Source: Eledone cirrhosa
Taxonomy: Eukaryota
Reading direction: 5' to 3'
Length of the DNA: 64,000 bases
NCBI GenBank assembly: GCA_964016885.1
Contig: OZ024741.1
Coordinates: forward strand, 244,032,001-244,096,000
Shown one piece after another: positions 54,391-64,000 of the stretch. Both the position numbers and the translations under genes were made by a program. Below the pieces are notes generated by a model, which ran no database searches, was not told where the DNA came from, and saw nothing but the letters and a program-made list of their open reading frames with translations. How positions within the stretch are numbered: position 1 is the stretch's first letter; the number at the start of each line of letters is the position of its first letter.

Positions 54391-57300
54391 CACACAGAAA
54401 ATGTGTGTCTGCACATGTACCAGTACGTACAGATCGATCCGACCACGGGCGGCCGGCCCACATTCGAAAAGGTTACTCCGCCTGCAAATCGTCATTTTCG
54501 GATTCGTTTTCTTCGAAGCACACCATTCGCCGGCGGACTTCAGCTGCCTCATTTAACATGGGCAGTTTTTCTTGAAGATCACACCACACACCGCCAATGA
54601 GTGTTTGCACATGTACCAGTAATTACAGATCGATCCGACCACGGGCGGCCGGCCCACGATCGAGAAAAAGGTAACTCCGCCGGCAAATAGTCATTTTTGT
54701 GATTCGTTTTCTTCGAAGCACACCATTCGCCGCCGGACTTCAGTTTCCTCATTTAGCATGGGCAGCTTTTCTTGAAAATCACACCGCACACAGCAAATGT
54801 GTGTCTGCACATTTAGCAGTAATTACAGATCAATCCGACCACGGGCGGCCGGCCCACGATCGAAAAGGTAACTCCGCCGGCAAATCCGCATTTTTGTGAT
54901 TCGTTTCTTCGAAGCACACCATTCGCCGCCGGACTTCAGCTTCCTCATTTAGCATGGGCAGCTTTTCTTGAAAATCACACCACACACAGCAAATGTGTGT
55001 CTGCACATTTAGCAGTAATTACAGATCGATCCGACCACGGGCGGCCGGCCCACGATCGAACAGGTAACTCCGCCGGCAAATTCGCATTTTTGTGATTCGT
55101 TTCTTCGAAGCACACCATTCGCTGGTGGACTTCAGCTGCCTCATTTAACATGGGCAGTTTTTCTTGAAGATCACACCACACATAGCAAATGTGTGTCTGC
55201 ACAGGTAACAGTAATTACAGATCGATCCGACCACGGGCGGCCGGCCCACGATCGAAAAGGTAACTCCGCCGGCAAATCCGCATTTTTGTGATTCGTTTCT
55301 TCGAAGCACACCATTCGCCGCCGGACTTCAGCTTCCTCATTTAGCATGGGCAGCTTTTCTTGAAAATCACACCACACACAGCAAATCTGTGTTTGCACAT
55401 TTACCAGTAATTACAGATCGATCCGACCACGGACGGCCGGCCCACGATCGAAAAGGTAACTCCGCCAGCAAATCCGCATTTTTGTGATTCGTTTCTTCGA
55501 AGCACACCATTCGCCGCCGGACTTCAGCTTCCTCATTTAGCATGGGCAGCTTTTCTTAAAAATCACACCACACTCAGCAAATGTGTGTCTGCACATGTAC
55601 CAGTAATTACAGATCGATCCGACCACGGGCAGCCTGCCCACGATCGAAAAGGTAACTCCGCCGGCAAATTCGCATTTTTGTGATTCGTTTCTTCGAAGAA
55701 AACCATTCGCTGGTGGACTTCAGCTTCCTCATTTAACATGGGCAGCTTTTCTCGAAAATCACACCACATTCAGCAAATGTGTGTCTGCACATGTACCAGT
55801 AATTACAGATCGATCCGCCCACGGGCGGCCGGCCCACGATCGAAAATGTAACTCCGCCGGCAAATTCGCATTTTTGTGATTCGTTTCTTCGAAGCACACC
55901 ATTCGCTGGTGGACATCAGCTTTCTCATTTAGCATGGGCAGCTTTTCTTGAAAATCAAACCACACACAGCAAATGTGTGTCTGCACATGTACCAGTAATT
56001 ACAGATCGATCCAACCACGGGCGGCCGGCCCACGATCGAAAAGGTAACTCCGCCAGCAAATCCGCATTTTTGTGATTCGTTTCTTCGAAGCACACCATTC
56101 GCCGCCGGACTTCAGCTTCCTCATTTAGCATGGGCAGCTTTTCTTGAAAATCACACCACACACAGCAAATGTGTGTCTGCACATTTACCATTAATTACAG
56201 ATCGATCCGACCACGGGCGGCCGGCCCACATTCGAAAAGGTTACTCCGCCTGCAAATCGTCATTTTCGGATTCGTTTTCTTCGAAGCACACCATTCGCCG
56301 GCGGACTTCAGCTGCCTCATTTAACATGGGCAGTTTTTCTTGAAGATCACACCACACACCGCCAATGAGTGTTTGCACATGTACCAGTAATTACAGATCG
56401 ATCCGACCACGGGCGGCCGGCCCACGATCGAGGAAAAGGTAACTCCGCCGGCAAATAGTCATTTTTGTGATTCGTTTTCTTCGAAGCACACCATTCGCCG
56501 CCGGACTTCAGCTTCCTCATTTACCATGGGCAGCTTTTCTTGAAAATCACACCACACACAGAAAATGTGTGTCTGCACAGGTACCAGTAATTACAGATCG
56601 ATCCGACCACGGGCGGCCGGCCCACGATCGAAAAGGTAACTCCGCCGGCAAATCCGCATTTTTGTGATTCGTTTCTTCGAAGCACACCATTCGCCGCCGG
56701 ACTTCAGCTTCCTCATTTAGCATGGGCAGCTTTTCTTGAAAATCACACCACACACAGAAAATGTGTGTCTGCACATGTACCAGTACGTACAGATCGATCC
56801 GACCACGGGCGGCCGGCCCACATTCGAAAAGGTTACTCCGCCTGCAAATCGTCATTTTCGGATTCGTTTTCTTCGAAGCACACCATTCGCCGGCGGACTT
56901 CAGCTGCCTCATTTAACATGGGCAGTTTTTCTTGAAGATCACACCACACACAGCAAATGTGTGTCTGCACAGGTAACAGTAATTACAGATCGATCCGACC
57001 ACGGGCGGCCGGCCCACGATCGAAAAGGTAACTCCGCCGGCAAATCCGCATTTTTGTGATTCGTTTCTTCGAAGCACACCATTCGCCGCCGGACTTCAGC
57101 TTCCTCATTTAGCATGGGCAGCTTTTCTTGAAAATCACACCACACGCAGCAAATGTGTCTCTGCACAGGTACCAGTAATTACAGATCGATCCGACCACGG
57201 GCGGCCGGCCCACGATCGAAAAGGTAACTCCGCCGGCAAATCCGCATTTTTGTGATTCGTTTCTTCGAAGCACACCATTCGCTGGTGGACTTCAGCTTCC

Positions 57301-58549
57301 TCATTTAACATGGGCAGCTTTTCTTGAAAATCACACCACACTCAGCAAATGTGTGTCTGCACATGTACCAGTAATTACAGATCGATCCGCCCACGGGCCG
57401 CCGGCCCACGATCGAAAATGTAACTCCGCCGGCAAATTCGCATTTTTGTCGTTCGTTTCTTCGAAGCACACCATTCGCTGGTGGACATCAGCTTTCTTAT
57501 TTAGCATGGGCAGCTTTTCTTGAAAATCACACCACACACAGCAAATGTGTGTCTGCACATGTACCAGTACGTACAGATCGATCCGACCACGGGCGGCCGG
57601 CCCACATTCGAAAAGGTTACTCCGCCTGCAAATCGTCATTTTCGGATTCGTTTTCTTCGAAGCACACCATTCGCCGGCGGACTTCAGCTGCCTCATTTAA
57701 CATGGGCAGTTTTTCTTGAAGATCACACCACACACCGCCAATGAGTGTTTGCACATGTACCAGTAATTACAGATCGATCCGACCACGGGCGGCCGGCCCA
57801 CGATCGAGAAAAAGGTAACTCCGCCGGCAAATAGTCATTTTTGTGATTCGTTTTCTTCGAAGCACACCATTCGCCGCCGGACTTCAGCTTCCTCATTTAG
57901 CATGGGCAGCTTTTCTTGAAAATCACACCACACACAGAAAATATGTGTCTGCACAGGTACCAGTAATTACAGATCGATCCGACCACGGGCGGCCAGCCCA
58001 CGATCGAAAAGGTAACTCCGCCGGCAAATCCGCATTTTTGTGATTCGTTTCTTCGAAGCACACCATTCGCCGCCGGACTTCAGCTTCCTCATTTAGCATG
58101 GGCAGCTTTTCTTGAAAATCACACCACACACAGCAAATCTGTGTCTGCACATTTACCAGTAATTACAGATCGATCCGACGACGGGCGGCCGGCCCACAAT
58201 CAAAAAGCTAACTCCGCCGGCAAATTCGCATTTTTGTGATTCGTTTCTTCGAAGCACACCATTCGCTGGTGGACTTCAGCTTCCTCATTTAGCATGGGCA
58301 GCTTTTCTTGAAAATCACACCACACACAGCAAATGTGTGTCTGCACATTTACCAGTAATTACAGATCGATCCGACCACGGGCGGCCGGCCCACAATCAAA
58401 AAGGTAACTCCGCCGGCAAATTCGCATTTTTGTGATTCGTTTCTTCGAAGCACACCATTCGCTGGTGGACTTCAGCTTCCTCATTTAGCATGGGCAGCTT
58501 TTCTTGAAAATCACACCACACACAGATGATGTGTGTCTGCACAGGTACC

Positions 58550-61500
58550 AGTACGTACAGATCGATCCGACCACGGGCGGCCGGCCCACATTCTAAAAGG
58601 TTACTCCACCTGCAAATCGTCATTTTCGGATTCGTTTTCTTCGAAGCACACCATTCGCCGGCGGCCTTCAGCTGCCTCATTTAACATGGGCAGTTTTTCT
58701 TGAAGATCACACCACACACCGCCAATGAGTGTTTGCACATGTACCAGTAATTACAGATCGATCCGACCACGGGCGGCCGGCCCACGATCGAGAAAAAGGT
58801 AACTCCGCCGGCAAATAGTCATTTTTGTGATTCGTTTTCTTCGAAGCACACCATTCGCCGCCGGACTTCAGCTTCCTCATTTAGCATGGGCAGCTTTTCT
58901 TAAAAATCACACCACACTCAGCAAATGTGTGTCTGCACATGTACCAGTAATTACAGATCGATCCAACCACGGGCGGCCTGCCCACGATCGAAAAGGTAAC
59001 TCCGCCGGCAAATTCGCATTTTTGTGATTCGTTTCTTCGAAGCACACCATTCGCCGCCGGACTTCAGCTTCCTCATTTAGCATGGGCAGCTTTTCTTGAA
59101 AATCACACCACACACAGCAAATGTGTGTCTGCACATTTACCAGTAATTACAGATCGATCCGACCACGGGCGGCCGGCCCACGATCGAAAAGGTAACTCCG
59201 CCGGCAAATCCGCATTTTTGTGATTCGTTTCTTCGAAGCACACCATTCGCCGCCGGACTTCAGCTTCCTCATTTAGCATGGGCAGCTTTTCTTAAAAATC
59301 ACACCACACTCAGCAAATGTGTGTCTGCACATGTACCAGTAATTACAGATCGATCCGACCACGGGCGGCCGGCCCACATTCGAAAAGGTTACTCCGCCTG
59401 CAAATCGTCATTTTCGGATTCGTTTTCTTCGAAGCACACCATTCGCCGGCGGACTTCAGCTGCCTCATTTAACATGGGCAGTTTTTCTTGAAGATCACAC
59501 CACACACCGCCAATGAGTGTTTGCACATGTACCAGTAATTACAGATCGATCCGACCACGGGCGGCCGGCCCAAGATCGAGAAAAAGGTAACTCCGCCGGC
59601 AAATAGTCATTTTTGTGATTCGTTTTCTTCGAAGCACACCATTCGCCGCCGGACTTCAGCTTCCTCATTTAGCATGGGCAGCTTTTCTTGAAAATCACAC
59701 CACACACAGAAAATATGTGTCTGCACAGGTACCAGTAATTACAGATCGATCCGACCACGGGCGGCCAGCCCACGATCGAAAAGGTAACTCCGCCGGCAAA
59801 TCCGCATTTTTGTGATTCGTTTCTTCGAAGCACACCATTCGCCGCCGGACTTCAGCTTCCTCATTTAGCATGGGCAGCTTTTCTTGAAAATCACACCACA
59901 CACAGCAAATCTGTGTCTGCACATTTACCAGTAATTACAGATCGATCCGACCACGGGCGGCCGGCCCACAATCAAAAAGGTAACTCCGCCGGCAAATTCG
60001 CATTTTTGTGATTCGTTTCTTCGAAGCACACCATTCGCTGGTGGACTTCAGCTTCCTCATTTAGCATGGGCAGCTTTTCTTGAAAATCACACCACACACA
60101 GCAAATGTGTGTCTGCACAGGTACCAGTAATTACAGATCGATCCGACCACGGGCGGCCGGCCCACGATCGAAAAGGTAACTCCGCCGGCAAATCCGCATT
60201 TTTGTGATTCGTTTCTGCGAAGCACACCATTCGCCGCCGGACTTCAGCTTCCTCATTTAGCATGGGCAGCTTTTCTTGAAAATCACACCACACACAGCAA
60301 ATGTGTGTCTGCACATTTACCAGTAATTACAGATCGATCCGACCACGGGCGGCCGGCCCACAATCAAAAAGGTAACTCCGCCGGCAAATTCGCATTTTTG
60401 TGATTCGTTTCTTCGAAGCACACCATTCGCTGGTGGACTTCAGCTTCCTCATTTAGCATGGGCAGCTTTTCTTGAAAATCACACCACACACAGAAAATGT
60501 GTGTCTGCACAGGTACCAGTAATTACAGATCGATCCGACCACGGGCGGCCGGCCCACGATCGAAAAGGTAACTCCGCCGGCAAATCCGCATTTTTGTGAT
60601 TCGTTTCTTCGAAGCACACCATTCGCCGCCGGACTTCAGCTTCCTCATTTAACATGGGCAGCTTTTCTTGAAAATCACACCACACACAGCAAATGTATGT
60701 CTGCACATTTACCAGTAATTACAGATCGATCCGACCACGGGCGGCCGGCCCACGATCGAAAAGGTAACTCCGCCGGCAAATCCGCATTTTTGTGATTCGT
60801 TTCTTCGAAGCACACCATTCGCCGCCGGACTTCAGCTTCCTAATTTAGCATGGGCGGTTTTTCTTGAAAATCACACCACACACAGAAATTGTGTGTCTGC
60901 ACATGTAACAGTACGTACAGATCGATCCGACCACGGGCGGCCGGCCCACATTCGAAAAGGTTACTCCGCCTGCAAATCGTCATTTTCGGATTCGTTTTCT
61001 TCGAAGCACACCATTCGCCGGCGGACTTCAGCTGCCTCATTTAACATGGGCAGCTTTTCTTGAAGATCACACCACACACAGCCAATGAGTGTTTGCACAT
61101 GTACCAGTAATTACAGATCGATCCGACCGCGGGCGGCCGGCCCACGATCGAAGAAAAGGTAACTCCGCCGGCAAATAGTCATTTTTGTGATTCGTTTTCT
61201 TCGAAGCACACCATTCGGCGCCGGACTTCAGCTGCCTCATTTAACATAGGCAGTTTTTCTTGAAGATCACACCACACACAGCAAATGTGTGTCTGCACAT
61301 TTACCAGTAATTACAGATCGATCCGACCACGGGCGGCCGGCCCACGATCGAAAAGGTAACTCCGCCGGCAAATTCGCATTTTTGTGATTCGTTTCTTCGA
61401 AGCACACCATTCGCTGGGGGACATCAGCTTCCTTATTTAGCATGGGCAGCTTTTCTTGAAAATCAAACCACACACAGCAAATGTGTGTCTGCACATGTAC

Positions 61501-64000
61501 CAGTAATTACAGATCGATCCGACCACGGGCGGCCGGCCCACGATCGAAAAGGTAACTCCGCCGGCAAATACGCATTTTTGTGATTCGTTTCTTCGAAGCA
61601 CACCATTCGACGCCGGACTTCAGCTTCCTCATTTAGCATGGGCGGTTTTTCTTGAAAATCACACCACACACAGCAAATGTGTGTCTGCACATGTACCAGT
61701 ACGTACAGATCGATCCGACCACGGGCGGCCGGCCCACATTCTAAAAGGTTACTCCACCTGCAAATCGTCATTTTCGGATTCGTTTTCTTCGAAGCACACC
61801 ATTCGCCGGCGGCCTTCAGCTGCCTCATTTAACATGGGCAGTTTTTCTTGAAAATCACACCACACACCGCCAATGAGTGTTTGCACATGTACCAGTAATT
61901 ACAGATCGATCCGACCACGGGCGGCCGGCCCACGATCGAGAAAAAGGTAACTCCGCCGGCAAATAGTCATTTTTGTGATTCGTTTTCTTCGAAGCACACC
62001 ATTCGCCGCCGGACTTCAGCTTCCTCATTTAGCATGGGCAGCTTTTCTTAAAAATCACACCACACTCAGCAAATGTATGTCTGCACATGTACCAGTAATT
62101 ACAGATCGATCCGACCACGGGCGGCCTGCCCACGATCGAAAAGGTAACTCCGCCGGCAAATTCGCATTTTTGTGATTCGTTTCTTCGAAGCACACCATTC
62201 GCCGCCGGACTTCAGCTTCCTCATTTAGCATGGGCAGCTTTTCTTGAAAATCACACCACACACAGCAAATGTGTGTCTGCACATTTACCAGTAATTACAG
62301 ATCGATCCGACCACGGGCGGCCGGCCCACGATCGAAAAGGTAACTCCGCCGGCAAATCCGCATTTTTGTGATTCGTTTCTTCGAAGCACACCATTCGCCG
62401 CCGGACTTCAGCTTCCTCATTTAGCATGGGCAGCTTTTCTTAAAAATCACACCACACTCACCAAATGTGTGTCTGCACATGTACCAGTAATTACAGATCG
62501 ATCCGACCACGGGCGGCCGGCCCACATTCGAAAAGGTTACTCCGCCTGCAAATCGTCATTTTCGGATTCGTTTTCTTCGAAGCACACCATTCGCCGGCGG
62601 ACTTCAGCTGCCTCATTTAACATGGGCAGTTTTTCTTGAAGATCACACCACACACCGCCAATGAGTGTTTGCACATGTACCAGTAATTACAGATCGATCC
62701 GACTACGGGCGGCCGGCCCACGATCGAGAAAAAGGTAACTCCGCCGGCAAATAGTCATTTTTGTGATTCGTTTTCTTCGAAGCACACCATTCGCCGCCGG
62801 ACTTCAGCTTCCTCATTTAGCATGGGCAGCTTTTCTTGAAAATCACACCACACACAGAAAATATGTGTTAGCACAGGTACCAGTAATTACAGATCGATCC
62901 GACCACGGGCGGCCGGCCCACGATCGAAAAGGTAACTCCGCCGGCAAATCCGCATTTTTGTGATTCGTTTCTTCGAAGCACACCATTCGCCGCCGGACTT
63001 CAGCTTCCTCATTTAGCATGGGCAGCTTTTCTTGAAAATCACACCACACACAGCAAATCTGTGTCTGCACATTTACCAGTAATTACAGATCGATCCGACC
63101 ACGGGCGGCCGGCCCACAATCAAAAAGGTAACTCCGCCGGCAAATTCGCATTTTTGTGATTCGTTTCTTCGAAGCACACCATTCGCTGGTGGACTTCAGC
63201 TTCCTCATTTAGCATGGGCAGCTTTTCTTGAAAATCACACCACACACAGCAAATGTGTGTCTGCACAGGTACCAGTAATTACAGATCGATCCGACCACGG
63301 GCGGCCGGCCCACGATCGAAAAGGTAACTCCGCCGGCAAATCCGCATTTTTGTGATTCGTTTCTGCGAAGCACACCATTCGCCGCCGGACTTCAGCTTCC
63401 TCATTTAGCATGGGCAGCTTTTCTTGAAAATCACACCACACACAGCAAATGTGTGTCTGCACATTTACCAGTAATTACAGATCGATCCGACCACGGGCGG
63501 CCGGCCCACGATCGAAAAGGTAACTCCGCCGGCAAATCCGCATTTTTGTGATTCGTTTCTTCGAAGCACACCATTCGCCGCCGGACTTCAGCTTCCTAAT
63601 TTAGCATGGGCGGTTTTTCTTGAAAATCACACCACACACAGAAATTGTGTGTCTGCACATGTAACAGTACGTACAGATCGATCCGACCACGGGCGGCCGG
63701 CCCACATTCGAAAAGGTTACTCCGCCTGCAAATCGTCATTTTCGGATTCGTTTTCTTCGAAGCACACCATTCGCCGGCGGACTTCAGCTGCCTCATTTAA
63801 CATGGGCAGCTTTTCTTGAAGATCACACCACACACAGCCAATGAGTGTTTGCACATGTACCAGTAATTACAGATCGATCCGACCGCGGGCGGCCGGCCCA
63901 CGATCGAAGAAATGGTAACTCCGCCGGCAAATAGTCATTTTTGTGATTCGTTTTCTTCGAAGCACACCATTCGGCGCCGGACTTCAGCTGCCTCATTTAA
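58550..64000 (+). repeat. 16-monomer tandem duplication, period 3148 bp; second copy lacks two monomers and runs off the window
   Basis: ORF pairs 58827/61975, 59615/62763 and 60087/63235 are offset by 3148 = 16x196+12. The pair 60840/63596 is offset by 2756 (392 less). The marker TTCTAAAAGGTTACTCCACC is at 58591 and 61739. Confidence 0.88.

Larger units (their letters stand above)
1..64000 (+). repeat. Tandem satellite DNA array, ~196-bp monomer, 326 complete copies, head-to-tail; extends past both window edges
   Basis: Seen in sequence: TTAGCATGGGCAGC recurs at 1, 197, 393 and onward. Consensus TTAGCATGGGCAGCTTTTCTTGAAAATCACACCACACACAGCAAATGTGTGTCTGCACATGTACCAGTAATTACAGATCGATCCGACCACGGGCGGCCGGCCCACGATCGAAAAGGTAACTCCGCCGGCAAATCCGCATTTTTGTGATTCGTTTCTTCGAAGCACACCATTCGCCGCCGGACTTCAGCTTCCTCAT. 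The ORF track repeats at 196-bp offsets throughout. No non-repeat sequence was seen. Confidence 0.99.

Noticed and set aside
20-63796. Hundreds of 61-131 aa ORFs on both strands (e.g. MQTHICCVWCDFQEKLPML..., MKITPHTAN...)
   Set aside because: They are translations of the repeat. 196 is not a multiple of 3, so frames shift every unit. ORFs appear and vanish with single SNPs, many use non-ATG starts, and no protein family is recognisable.
1-64000. CRISPR array or other repeat-spacer system
   Set aside because: There are no unique spacers. The whole unit is repeated with only point variants, and there are no cas or other genes in the window.

Overview
The whole 64 kb window is one uninterrupted, head-to-tail tandem satellite array of a ~196-bp monomer (consensus about 51% GC), with every copy on the same strand. 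By my hand count, positions 1-63996 hold 326 complete monomers (299 x 196 bp, 2 x 197, 2 x 199, 23 x 200), and these lengths sum exactly to 63996. I found no genes, RNA genes, transposon insertions, inversions or CRISPR spacers. All listed ORFs are chance open frames of the repeat. The structure lies in how monomer variants are ordered: recurrent monomer classes (here called standard, A, B and a 200-bp C), near-identical local block duplications of 12, 26, 19, 6, 11 and 16 monomers, chimeric monomers at rearrangement junctions, and a change of variant repertoire at about 44-48 kb. The monomer is dense in short palindromes and hairpins, and many variants are CpG transitions. The best reading is a eukaryotic centromeric or pericentromeric-type satellite that is being actively homogenised. 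That is an inference: the organism and function cannot be established from the sequence, and I cannot support a new gene-based system here.
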